41,914 nucleotides of DNA from positions 1 through 41,914 of the forward strand of contig JBKHIT010000043.1 in assembly GCA_046538485.1 (NCBI GenBank), given 5' to 3'. The translations under genes were made by a program, and so were the position numbers. This stretch comes from Candidatus Brocadiia bacterium. Its GTDB lineage: Bacteria; Planctomycetota; Brocadiia; SM23-32. Position 1 is the stretch's first letter. Each line of letters opens with the position of its first letter. The notes under the pieces are model-generated. The model did no database searches and was not told the DNA's origin. It saw nothing but the letters and a program-made list of their open reading frames with translations. Of this stretch, positions 1-10,200 are shown in pieces.

Positions 1-2
1 GT

Positions 3-947
3 TTCACTCAGTGTGCGCAGGTCAACGACGGTGAATCGTGGCAGGAAATACTGGCGGCTCACTTTCGGGAACCAATTCGCAATTTTGGGGTGGGTGGTTA
101 CGGCGTTTACCAGGCTTATAACACGGCCATGCGCATAGAAGAGAGCGACCTTGCCGCCAAACATGTTGTGCTCAACGTCTGGGACGATGATCATCTTCGC
201 AATATCGACGCCGCACGCTGGATACGGGTGGGCTGGATGCACAAAGATCTTCCCCGTGGCGGCGGAGAGGATACTTATCCGGTTCACGGTTTCCCCTGGG
301 CCCACGTCCGTTACAATCTGAAAAGGGGAAATTTTGTTGAGTTGCCCGGCCTCTGCAAGAGAACCGAGGACCTGCGAGAACTTGCTGACAAAGATAATTT
401 CTACGAAATTTTCAAAGACGATCATGTGGTGCATCTCTATGCTTTGTCGCAGGGGCTGGACGCGCCGGTGGAATATCTGGAAGAACTCGCAGAGGAATTT
501 GACATTGAGGTCGACCTCAGGGATCCGGATGTCCGGCAGCAGGAAGCGCGCAAGCTCCATCTTGCTTATGGCGTTCGATCGACCCGGTTTATCCTTAACA
601 ATCTAACGGACTGGGCGGAAGAGCAGGAGCGCGAGGTGATGGTCCTTCTCAGCTACGAGACCCCCACGGTAAAGACGTATATCGACACGGGATTCCGCTT
701 CGACGCCGAGCTTCTCGGATACTTAGAAGAAAATAATATTCCCTGCGTCGATTGTCTTGAAAAAGCAGCTGAAGACTATGAGGATTTCTCGATCTCAATC
801 GACGAGTTTCTGGAACGCTTCTACATCGGCCGCGCCGGCGCACAGGTCTTTGGACACTACAACCCGCACGGCAACTTCTGGTTTGCTTTTGCAATTCGAG
901 ACGCGCTGGTCGACTGGCTCGATCCCAATCCGCCATCATACCGCTGA
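3..947 (+). CDS. SGNH/GDSL-hydrolase-like protein, 5'-truncated by the window edge
   Basis: Frame is open from nt 3 (FTQCAQVNDGESWQEILAAHFREPIRNFGVGGYGVYQA), resembling the end of SGNH block I and block II (NxGVGGYG). The C-terminal GHYNPHGN resembles block V. Confidence 0.65.
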   Translation, partial: FTQCAQVNDGESWQEILAAHFREPIRNFGVGGYGVYQAYNTAMRIEESDLAAKHVVLNVWDDDHLRNIDAARWIRVGWMHKDLPRGGGEDTYPVHGFPWAHVRYNLKRGNFVELPGLCKRTEDLRELADKDNFYEIFKDDHVVHLYALSQGLDAPVEYLEELAEEFDIEVDLRDPDVRQQEARKLHLAYGVRSTRFILNNLTDWAEEQEREVMVLLSYETPTVKTYIDTGFRFDAELLGYLEENNIPCVDCLEKAAEDYEDFSISIDEFLERFYIGRAGAQVFGHYNPHGNFWFAFAIRDALVDWLDPNPPSYR

Positions 948-1138
948 ATTCTCGGTTGCCCGCAGACTGTTTGCAGCCAGGCGAGGAGATGTTGGCGCAT
1001 AAATAAATGCACTTTTCGCCGTTCTGCTTTCCCCGCGATCTCTGTCTTTTACCCGGTCGCAGGGACGTTTGAGATAGGTATTATGATGCCCAGTGGATGC
1101 GCTTGAATCGAGAAGACGATCCGCAAGGAGGTCGTTCC

Positions 1139-2290
1139 ATGAATTCAAAAGAACGAGTAGCTGCCATGATTTCCCGTGAACCAGTCGACAGCATACCCCT
1201 GGGGTTTTATGTTGTCGATTGCGATACAGTTGAGAAAGTGATTGGTCGGAAGACGTATGTTCGCGACAAAATTGGACGGCAGATTGCTTTCTGGGAAGGG
1301 CGGCGCGATGAAGTCGTTCAGAGTTACATAACCGACACCATTGAGTTTTTTGAAAAACTCGATTGTGTCGATCTGATCACGTTCAAAGAAGCGGCAATCG
1401 TTCCCCCGAAAGATTACCAGCCCAATCCGCGTCGCAAAATTGCTGAAGATCTCTGGGAGGACGACGCGGGACGAATCTACAAAGCGTCTTATGTTTCAAA
1501 CGAAATGGTCTGTGTCGAAGATCCCAATGCCCGCGACGTATCGGATTTTTCCGAGGACATGTTTCCGGAAGTATCAGAAGACGAGCTTCAGCCGCCGGAC
1601 GAATCCATATTTGAAGCAGCTGACGCCGTCACTGAGGTGCTGGGAAAAGACCGTTATATCGCTGGCAAGTGCGGTGGCATGACGGCGTTCACGCTTGTGG
1701 GTGGACAGGAAACCGGTTTGATGATATATGCGCTGAAACCCGGAGTGGTCAAAGCCGCCAACCGACGGAGCGTCAAGATACAAAATTACCGCGATGAGTA
1801 TTTTATCAGATCTTCTCAGGATGGTGTGCTTTTGGAACAGGATATGGGGGGGACGAACGGGCCGTTTATAAGCCCTGAAAAGTTCAGAGAATGTTGTTTC
1901 CCGTATTTGAAAGAGCGCGTGAGTAATATCAAACAATTTGATAAACAGGTGATCCTGCACAATTGCGGCGATAACCGTCCTTTAATTGATATGTTCATCA
2001 AGGCGGGCATCCAGTGTTACCAATCCCTGCAAACCAACGCCGGCATGGAACTCGGGCATCTTCAGGAGCGGTTTGGCAATAGAATTATTTTCTGGGGTGG
2101 AGTTGCAACGGAACTGCTCGTTGGGGGAACGCCAGCGGAAGTCAGGGAAAATGTCCGCGAAGCAATGGAAATCGGCGCATCTGCGGACGGCTTCATATTG
2201 GGCCCGAGCCATTCTGTTGCTTATGGCACTAAATACGAGAACTTCATGGCGATGCTTGACGAATACGATAAAAACAAAGACAAATTTTGA
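1139..2290 (+). CDS. Uroporphyrinogen decarboxylase (URO-D)/MtaA-like family protein, not canonical HemE
   Basis: Starts MNSKERV after an AAGGAGG RBS. Motifs: DMGGTNGPFISPEKFRE, ILHNCGD, FWGGV, GTPAEVRENV, GFILGPSHSV. Confidence 0.85.
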   Translation: MNSKERVAAMISREPVDSIPLGFYVVDCDTVEKVIGRKTYVRDKIGRQIAFWEGRRDEVVQSYITDTIEFFEKLDCVDLITFKEAAIVPPKDYQPNPRRKIAEDLWEDDAGRIYKASYVSNEMVCVEDPNARDVSDFSEDMFPEVSEDELQPPDESIFEAADAVTEVLGKDRYIAGKCGGMTAFTLVGGQETGLMIYALKPGVVKAANRRSVKIQNYRDEYFIRSSQDGVLLEQDMGGTNGPFISPEKFRECCFPYLKERVSNIKQFDKQVILHNCGDNRPLIDMFIKAGIQCYQSLQTNAGMELGHLQERFGNRIIFWGGVATELLVGGTPAEVRENVREAMEIGASADGFILGPSHSVAYGTKYENFMAMLDEYDKNKDKF

Positions 2291-2370
2291 ATGAGTTCGT
2301 TGTGCTGCAATCGTTGCATTCTTTTCTGTGCTTACGGGCGAAGAAAAACAGCAAGAAGAGGTATGAAAAC

Positions 2371-2399
2371 TTGACAGCAGAGTGGGGGTTGGCTATCAT
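2371..2399 (+). promoter_or_regulatory. Sigma70-type promoter of tRNA-Ser
   Basis: TTGACA (2371-2376), 17-nt spacer, TATCAT (2394-2399), about 50 nt upstream of the tRNA. Confidence 0.8.
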
Positions 2400-2450
2400 C
2401 GGAACTGGCTATTTGGCAAATTGTGACGTTTCAGATTTACATGTCACTTT

Positions 2451-2546
<96 letters not shown>

Positions 2547-2551
2547 TTTTG

Positions 2552-2582
2552 GGCCCGTGGTAAGTATTCCACGGGCCTTTTT
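2552..2582 (+). terminator. Rho-independent terminator after the tRNA
   Basis: Perfect 9-bp stem GGCCCGTGG-N8-CCACGGGCC followed by TTTTT. Confidence 0.85.
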
Positions 2583-2652
2583 CACCTGCCAGGAATGGGC
2601 GGAATTCCCGCACGCTCCGTTTTCGCCGTTCCCTGACTCGGGGAGAGAATTT

Positions 2653-3801
2653 GTGGCACTAATGGTCGATACTGAAATCCCTCACGGAAATGTATGCGGC
2701 GTTTCTATTGTTGAGCGGGATTCGCTTGAAGAAATTCGATTTACACCCCATCCCCATGGGGGGCCGGAGTGCTTATGGTTCTGTTTCCGATTGCGCCGAA
2801 CGGAGGGCGATATCGGACAGGTACGAATCGTACTGGAGCATTTTGAAACGATACTCGGCGGAAATGATGTGCTGAAAATGCGTCCCGTGATGCGTCCTGC
2901 CGGAGGACACTGGCAACGATTGGACACGGCAGGCCCACGGGAGGGTTCTGACGGCCAGATTTCGGCCTGTTGGGAGCTGATGGTTGACGCCCCGGAGTGT
3001 AATATAGCAACTTGCTACCCTTATGGACCGCCTCATATCTCTTGTCTTCTGGAACAGACGGACGGATACTGGAAATCGGAGGATATTGGGGTAACACAGA
3101 AGGGGCGGAAGATTGCTCGTCTTCGAAATGAAACAGGCAGCGACCAGGAAAACAAACCCGGCATCTATATTATTGCGCGTCAGCACTCGGGAGAAGCACC
3201 TGGATCCTGGGTGCTCGATGGACTTTTGCGTCAGTTGGCTCAGAAGAATCGGCAAAACTTGCTTGTGTGGACCGTGCCCTTTGCCAATTTGGACGGCATA
3301 ATAGACGGTGATTATGGAAAGGATAATTTTCCTTATGATATCAACAGGGCGTGGGGTAACCCGCCGATGCGACACGAAACGCTCGTCATAATGCGGGACA
3401 TAGATCGTTGGATTTCCCGTTGTAAGCCTGTCTTTGGCCTGGATCTGCATGCGCCCGGGGCCTGTGATGACAAGGGGTTGTATGCCCATATGCCTGACAG
3501 ACAGGAATATCCCCAGCGGTATGAATGTGCTTTGCCGTGGGCGAAAGCAATGGGGCAGGTCCTGGGCGCAGAGTTTGCAGCAGCAGAGTTTCCCCAAAGT
3601 CACCAGTATGCATCCCGCTGGACCACGCCAAGTTTCAGCAGATTCTGCTTCCAACGCCTCAATAGCCCCGGTCTTTGTGTCGAAGTGCCCTACGGGTTAA
3701 CCCGCCAGATTATCATGACAAAACGGAAATATCGAGAAGCCGGTGGGCGCATCGCAGATGCTCTGACGGAACTGATATCCAGAAGCCAGTTACAGTCATG
3801 A
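2653..3801 (+). CDS. M14 family zinc carboxypeptidase (cytosolic carboxypeptidase/Nna1-like)
   Basis: ARQHSGE (HxxE), NLDG, DINRAW, LDLHAPG and C-terminal VEVPY. GTG start after GGGAGAG (ATG 2662 is an alternative). The 2494 start in the ORF track overlaps the tRNA and is not credible. Confidence 0.85.
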   Translation: MALMVDTEIPHGNVCGVSIVERDSLEEIRFTPHPHGGPECLWFCFRLRRTEGDIGQVRIVLEHFETILGGNDVLKMRPVMRPAGGHWQRLDTAGPREGSDGQISACWELMVDAPECNIATCYPYGPPHISCLLEQTDGYWKSEDIGVTQKGRKIARLRNETGSDQENKPGIYIIARQHSGEAPGSWVLDGLLRQLAQKNRQNLLVWTVPFANLDGIIDGDYGKDNFPYDINRAWGNPPMRHETLVIMRDIDRWISRCKPVFGLDLHAPGACDDKGLYAHMPDRQEYPQRYECALPWAKAMGQVLGAEFAAAEFPQSHQYASRWTTPSFSRFCFQRLNSPGLCVEVPYGLTRQIIMTKRKYREAGGRIADALTELISRSQLQS

Positions 3802-3837
3802 GCTTTTTTACGACCTGCCATGCGCTTAAGTGCATTC

Positions 3838-3867
3838 TTGACAAAATGATTACTGGAAGGATAGGAT
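3838..3867 (+). promoter_or_regulatory. Putative sigma70 promoter of the motor/TPR operon
   Basis: TTGACA (3838-3843), 18-nt spacer, TAGGAT (3862-3867), about 65 nt upstream of the exbD-like start. Confidence 0.5.
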
Positions 3868-3931
3868 AGAATTAAGTCGGGGGTATCATGACGGTGGGTG
3901 CATTGCATTCAAAGAACGGGTTGTCAAATAT

Positions 3932-4336
3932 ATGAAGGTCAGACGGAAAGACCGGGAAGCACCGGAAATCCCAACGGCGGCGTTGAGTGATATCGCGCTC
4001 TTGCTGCTGATTTTCTTTATCGTGACGACTGAATTTTTGGTTCAGAGGTCACTTCCTGCCGAGCTGCCCGCCATCACACCGGAAAAAGAAGAAGCCACTG
4101 AAGACCCCATTACAGTGGTGGTGGCTAAAGATTTTGTGTATCTCAACGAAGAACGCATCGAATTGGATCAGCTGGCCTCTTTTCTGGCGGGGAGGCTGGC
4201 CGGCAAAGTGAAACGCGAAGAACGGGCTGTGGTAATCGATGGCAGAACAGATGTTCCTTACCATCGCGTCGCAGAAGCCGTCAACGAAGTGACCCGGGCC
4301 GGCGGCATTCCAACAATAATGAAAGTTGAGGAGTAA
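3932..4336 (+). CDS. exbD: ExbD/TolR family biopolymer transport protein (copy 1)
   Basis: TM segment EIPTAALSDIALLLLIFFIVTT with the conserved Asp; periplasmic AVVIDGRTDVPYHRVAEAVNEV. Confidence 0.9.
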   Translation: MKVRRKDREAPEIPTAALSDIALLLLIFFIVTTEFLVQRSLPAELPAITPEKEEATEDPITVVVAKDFVYLNEERIELDQLASFLAGRLAGKVKREERAVVIDGRTDVPYHRVAEAVNEVTRAGGIPTIMKVEE

Positions 4337-4371
4337 TATCCATGTCTTTGAGCTGTGAAACCGGAGGACCA

Positions 4372-7206
4372 ATGTTCCGAACGCTGGCCTTGCTGATCCT
4401 GGCCGGGGTCTTTGTTGTGGGACCGGGACTGTTCGGTATGAGTGCCCATGCCGGAGCCCCGGATGTCTCGAAGATGTCCGAAGAGGAAAAAAAGAACCTG
4501 TCCGATCGACAGAAAAGGATCCTCCGACGTCAGATGGCGAGCCGGGAGAAAGAGGCGGCTGCTGCTTACAAAAACGCTGAAACCGCTTTTCTGGTCGGTC
4601 AATACGACAAAGCGATCGAAGAGTTCCTTGCTGTTGCGCGCGAACACGGCGACACCTCATACCGAATGCGGGCCGTATTGAGGGTGGGGGACGTATTTTA
4701 TCGACAGAAGAAATATGAACGGGCGATCAGCTACTACCAACGGGCGCTCCGTGTGCCCTCGGAACCGTGGTGGCCCAAAGAGTCCGCCGAAGATTACGCG
4801 CGAGCCGACTACATGATAGGTGTCTGTTATTACGACCAGGGATCCCTGAATCCGGCATTCGCCCATTTCCGACGGTTCGTCAAAAAACATCCCACCAGCA
4901 AATTGGTCGATCGAGCTTACGATTTCATTGGACGCGGCAATATGCGTATGGAACGGTACGGACAGGCCATCGAAGCTTTTCGAATGGTCGGGACTGCGCG
5001 GCTTGAGAAGAAGGCCCGGCGTACAATCTCCCCCGGGGAAGATCTCTACCTGCGGGTGACAGATGAAGACGTCGGACTGGCCAGCAAGCAGGGGACGATC
5101 CCGGTTCGGCTCAGCACCAGTTCAGGTGATAAGGAAAGGGTCGAACTGGAAAGTCTCGGCCTCGGTTCGCCAACGTTCCTCGGAACCATCAAGACCCGGC
5201 TCGGGGAACCACGGCTTACAAGAGCTCTGGATGCCGCTTATACCACCAAAACCGGACGTAAAATGGACGAATGGCTTGAGACTGCGAAGGAAACACGCAA
5301 AGAAGCGCAAGCGGTGCAGAAGAAGGTCCGGGCCGTCGAAAAACAGCTTGAACAGGCCAGGAAAGGCCTGAAAAACGAGGACGGAACCGAGAATCCGGAG
5401 GCCCGTCAGAAGGTCGACGCGCTGGAAAAGCGGAAAGCTGAACTCGAAAAACAAGTCGCAGACCTGACGGAAGCGGCTGATTCCCTGCAGAAGAGAGCCT
5501 ATACGACCCTCGATGAGGCATATTCAGATATCGAAGCCGTCCTCAAAGAGTGGGGTGTTGCCCGGATTGAAGACGAGGAAGAAGGGGACGAAACGGAAGA
5601 AGATTCGAAAACTGAGGAAAAAACTGCCGAGAAGACAGCAAAAGCGGCGAAAAAGAAAGATCAGGGCGATAAACTCAGCGACGTGTTCACGCCGCTGGAA
5701 ATCGCGGAGACGCGTAACGCAGTAAAAGAAACTCCCACCAGTGAGGAAAACTTCAGGTTCCGGCGGGCCCTTATGGAGTACTGGCACGAACAACTACTGC
5801 GGGAATATAAAACGCTTGATCTCACCGGCTCCGATACCATCACGGTGGAATACCTCGATCGACACTCCGGTGACGAAGATAATGTCACAAGAACCGACAC
5901 CCTGGGTGTTGCCTCCGACGCACGGATTGTCTGTCTCGGCCCGGACCTCAAAAGCCCCGTTCAGGCGGTTATTTTCGGCGATAACGTGCGGGTAAAAGTG
6001 GTGGATGCCGACCGAGACGCTTCGGATAAACCGGATACGCTGCACGTTGTCGTGGCCAGTGTCCCAAAAGAAGATGAACAACAAAAAGAAGAAGACGATG
6101 AAAAAGGGGAAGAGACTGAAGAAGAGGAGAGCCTGTCCGTAGATGTCACCGGCGGGGAAGAAAAAGAGCAAAAAAAACCAAAACTCATTCCAGAAGATGT
6201 TCCGAACACGAAAGTCACCCTGACCGAAACCGGAAAACATACCGGCGAGTTCATCGGTTCGTTCTCGACCCTTCCGCGAAAAGAAAACGGGACCGCCTCT
6301 GAACTCGGCCTTTCGGTTGAGCAAGCCGTCCGCATCGCCTACGAGGACGAAAAGACAAGCAGTTACGGCAAGGGCGGCTGGGTTGCGGTGGCAACAGTCG
6401 AAATCGTTCCCGGCTCGGAAGGTAGCCAGCAAGTGATTAAGATGCAGGAGGGTGAGCTGGATCGGCGGAGTGAACTTGAAAAGGGCATTGCACTCGGTAA
6501 ACTGGCCCGGGTTTATCAGGATCTGGGACTTAAAGTGGAAGCCGGCCGCACTTTCGATGAAGCCCTGAAAATTGTTAAAAAGGTGGCCCAGGCGGAACGT
6601 AATTCCGCCCTCGGCGAAGAAGCAACGTATCAGATGTGGGATCTGTATTTTGCCAGTGGAGACGAAGAGGCCGCCGCGGAAGCGTGCTCAAAATTGATCC
6701 GAACTTTCCCGGATAGCCCCCTTGCCGACGATGCCCTGCTGATTATGGGAAAGGCCGAGGAGGATCCGCGAAAAGCGATTGGACATTTCTCAAGACTTGT
6801 CAAACGCTACCCCGATTCGCCCCTCGCACCCGAAGCGCAGTTTCATGTGGCCGAACTGAAAGCGGAAAGGGGCCACTTTGATGTCGCGGCATTCGAAAAC
6901 TGTTCCAACAAATTCCCCGGCAGCAACTTCGCCGCCAAAAGTCTGTTGAAACTGGCCGAATACTACATGGGCCAGAGGGATTATAAACGGGCAAAAGATT
7001 ATCTGGAACGAATTACGCTGGATTTTCCCGATTTTGATCAACTGGACAAAACAACCTACATGCGCGGGGTGTGTGCCTACCGCATGGGCGACGTCCAGCT
7101 TTCCTATACGCTGATGCACGAGGTGATTGAAAAGTATCCCGGCACGTCTGTCGCAAAGTCCGCCGCGAAAATCGTCAAACTCCTCGCCACGAAATTGAAC
7201 CGCTGA
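4372..7206 (+). CDS. Secreted TPR protein (YbgF/BamD-like repeats) with two DxD beta-sandwich repeats and an inserted coiled coil, 944 aa
   Basis: GGAGG RBS before ATG 4372; signal peptide ending SAHA. N- and C-terminal TPRs (KKHPTSKLVDRAY, FPDSPLADDAL, YPDSPLAPEAQF); central PGEDLYLRVTDED and GDNVRVKVVDADRD repeats. Confidence 0.8.
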   Translation: MFRTLALLILAGVFVVGPGLFGMSAHAGAPDVSKMSEEEKKNLSDRQKRILRRQMASREKEAAAAYKNAETAFLVGQYDKAIEEFLAVAREHGDTSYRMRAVLRVGDVFYRQKKYERAISYYQRALRVPSEPWWPKESAEDYARADYMIGVCYYDQGSLNPAFAHFRRFVKKHPTSKLVDRAYDFIGRGNMRMERYGQAIEAFRMVGTARLEKKARRTISPGEDLYLRVTDEDVGLASKQGTIPVRLSTSSGDKERVELESLGLGSPTFLGTIKTRLGEPRLTRALDAAYTTKTGRKMDEWLETAKETRKEAQAVQKKVRAVEKQLEQARKGLKNEDGTENPEARQKVDALEKRKAELEKQVADLTEAADSLQKRAYTTLDEAYSDIEAVLKEWGVARIEDEEEGDETEEDSKTEEKTAEKTAKAAKKKDQGDKLSDVFTPLEIAETRNAVKETPTSEENFRFRRALMEYWHEQLLREYKTLDLTGSDTITVEYLDRHSGDEDNVTRTDTLGVASDARIVCLGPDLKSPVQAVIFGDNVRVKVVDADRDASDKPDTLHVVVASVPKEDEQQKEEDDEKGEETEEEESLSVDVTGGEEKEQKKPKLIPEDVPNTKVTLTETGKHTGEFIGSFSTLPRKENGTASELGLSVEQAVRIAYEDEKTSSYGKGGWVAVATVEIVPGSEGSQQVIKMQEGELDRRSELEKGIALGKLARVYQDLGLKVEAGRTFDEALKIVKKVAQAERNSALGEEATYQMWDLYFASGDEEAAAEACSKLIRTFPDSPLADDALLIMGKAEEDPRKAIGHFSRLVKRYPDSPLAPEAQFHVAELKAERGHFDVAAFENCSNKFPGSNFAAKSLLKLAEYYMGQRDYKRAKDYLERITLDFPDFDQLDKTTYMRGVCAYRMGDVQLSYTLMHEVIEKYPGTSVAKSAAKIVKLLATKLNR

Positions 7207-7263
7207 CAGACCGGCCAGATTTGCCGGAAAAAACAACAGAACGATCCAGGAGCTTTTTAAAAG

Positions 7264-10200
7264 ATGAGATATTCCATGAAAACGAAAAATGGACGAGTGC
7301 AGGCGGCTGCGCTCTCGCGGAGAAAGCTGGTCGCGTCGGTTGTGCTTCAAGTCGCGTTCGTGGCGGCGATTGCCGCGGGACTCGTGCTGGTGAAGACAGC
7401 CAAACCGCAGGAAAAACTACCGAAAGAGGCCAAAAGTGAAAAGATACTTGAGGAGTTTAAACACATCCGGGGATTTGCTGCGGCGGGACAACATGGTGAG
7501 GCCGCACGGGCCCTCCGTGAGTTCGTGGCGAAATATCCTGATTGGGAAAGAGTATCAGAAGCCACCGTTCTGCTCGGGAAAGAACTCGTTCTGGCCGGAG
7601 ATGTCTCTTCGGGCAAACAGTCCCTCCAGCGTTTCGTCCAGAAAAACCCCTCGGCCCCGCTGGTGCCCACCGCGCATTTTTACGTCGGTAAAGCTCAGGA
7701 AGCTCTCGGGGACTTCCCCGGAGCCGTGCTTTCCTACGACGTTGTCGTGAGCCGTTTTCCAGATCACAAACGGGCCCCGGAGGCGGCACTAAGTGAAGCT
7801 CTCATTGCCGGCAGGGTTCTGGGGAACAACCGCCGTGCCCGGCGGGTCTACGAGGATTTTACAACAAAATATCCCAAACATCCCCGTATTGCGGCCGTCC
7901 AGAACCACCTTGCGGTCATGGCGGAAAAGGGGAAAGGCAGAGCCGGCGGCCCGACCTCCGCGTTCATGCAAAAATGGCAGATCGCTACACCGTTCCCGAA
8001 CGCAAAAGGGAAAGGTCTCCTGAAGACCTATCCGCCTGAGCAAGGGGTTGACCTGGATGCCGCGTATGTGGGTGCCGGCAACGAAAAAGTCAGGTGGCAC
8101 AGATTGCCCGAAAAGGCAAAGAAAACGAACGGATATGTCGATCTGCAGGCGGGCTTTAAGATCAACGAAAATGTCTGCGCCTATGCCTACCACACTTTCC
8201 AAAGCCCCGAACAGAGAGACGGCACGCTGTATATCGGCAGTGACGATGGTGTCGCAGTCTGGTTTAACGGCAAGAAAATACTCACCCGAAACGTCACGCG
8301 TGGCGCTGAACCGGACCAGGAGCAAATTCCGGTCCACCTGGAAAAAGGACAGAATAGCATTCTGCTAAAAATAAGCCAGGGAAAGGGCGGGTGGGGCTTC
8401 TATTGTCGGCTGGATTACGAATTTGGGTGGGGACCTACGGCGGCTGTGGCGCTCTACCGTGATTATGCCGAAAAACATCCCGATGATGTCGGCGACCCGG
8501 TGCTGAACGGAGACCGGGCCGGCGCCGCGGCCGCGATGTGGCGGGCAGCCGAACTCACACAAAACAAACTGCATGACTCAGAAGCTGCCGTCAATCTCTA
8601 CAAAAAATACGAAGCGCTCCCGCGTTCAAAATCCGGCGAGGGCTACTACCGGGCAGCCCGGCTTTTGTGGCAAGAGAAAGATGATAGTGCCGCGGAGATG
8701 TTCGAGGCGGCGCTGAAAGCCCAACCCAACAATCTGAACTGGCGGTATGAATACGCCCGGTGGCTGAAAGACAAGAAAAAGAATAACGCAGCACAGAAGC
8801 AACTGTCTTACGTTGTGCGCAAGACCGAAAACGATAAACAGCTGGACCAGACCATCAAAATGATGGGCGCGGAAAATGTTCGAAAATACCTCGATGAAAA
8901 TCCCGGAGATTATGTGGTATTCAGGCGTTACCTGAGCTGGTACAGGGGCGGGGAAAAACGCGACGAGGGGCGTAAGATTCTGGATACATGGCTGAAACGA
9001 TCCGAGATCGATTGGAAAACGCAGATCGCACGGGAGTGGTTTGAATGGACCAAGGAACTGAAGGATTGCCGCCGGCTGATTGGCGCCGCGGAAGCGGAAG
9101 GACACATACAGGAGACCGCGCGAGCCAGTTTGCAGGCCACTGATAAACTGATCCACGCCAGGATGTTCGGGGAAGCAGCGAAAGAACTGGAAAAGTCACT
9201 GAAGAAATGGGGGCAATATCCCGATTTCCCGCGGCAAGAATTTGCCCGGAGGGTCCTCCGGATCGCCAGTTCCGAACCGCTGATGGTCCCAAATCCGGAA
9301 AAGAAAAAGGAGAAAAAGACAGACGGGGAGAAGGCCGATACGGATGGGGACGAAAACGAAGCGAAAAAACTCCCCGACAAAATTGTTTCCGAGAAAGGCA
9401 AAGCCGCCCGTAAAAAGGCGATAAAACTCCTCCGGGAACACGGACTTGACCGGACCGCCGGCGGGGCTGATGCACTGGCGCGATTGAGCCGCGAACTCAA
9501 CGAAGATGATGCAGCCGAAGTGACAAAACAGGCCGCCGTCGCTTTGATCGAGGCGGGCAAGTTCGGCCAGGCGGTAGGACATGTCGAATTTCTCCTGAAA
9601 AATGCGCCCCATACGGACGAAACCGTTGATGTCCTTTACGAAGCAGGGCGCCGGGGGCACAAGCCCTGGGGGAAGCATTGGAAATCGACGGTTCTCCCCA
9701 CAGCACAAAAAGAACTGAAACATTTTGAGAAAGCGAAAAAGCAGACAGAAGCTACGCGCCTGGCAAGGGTGAAACTTCTCCGTCTGTTCGACCCGAAAAA
9801 GTCCATCTCAGCCCATGACGAATTCCTGAAACACCACAGGGGAAGTCAGCAATCTGTTTGGGTGGCCCGCCATCGTTTCTGGGAAATCAATCGTTCTAAG
9901 AAGGATGTAGCGGATGCGATTACGGCTTCAATTCAGAAGGTGGAAAAGAATCCCGATATTGCTTTGCACATTCCGATACAACTGGTGCCGGCGGGGCGGA
10001 AGGGACACGGTGCGCTGGCTGATGCACTGGCGAAAGTTCTGAAACAAGTGAAAGGGGAAAAATGGGCGCAGTTGGCGCTTCAGGTGGCCCGCTTGGACAA
10101 ACAGCAAAACCGTATGGCTGATTGTATGCGTTGGGTCGAGAGAATTATTGCCAGACAACCGCAGAGCCGCGAAAGCGTCGAAGCGAAAAAGCTGGGCATA

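Noticed and set aside
1139..2290. Calling the URO-D-family gene hemE
   Set aside because: It lacks the HemE RQAGR motif and has the HxCG signature of the MtaA-like branch.
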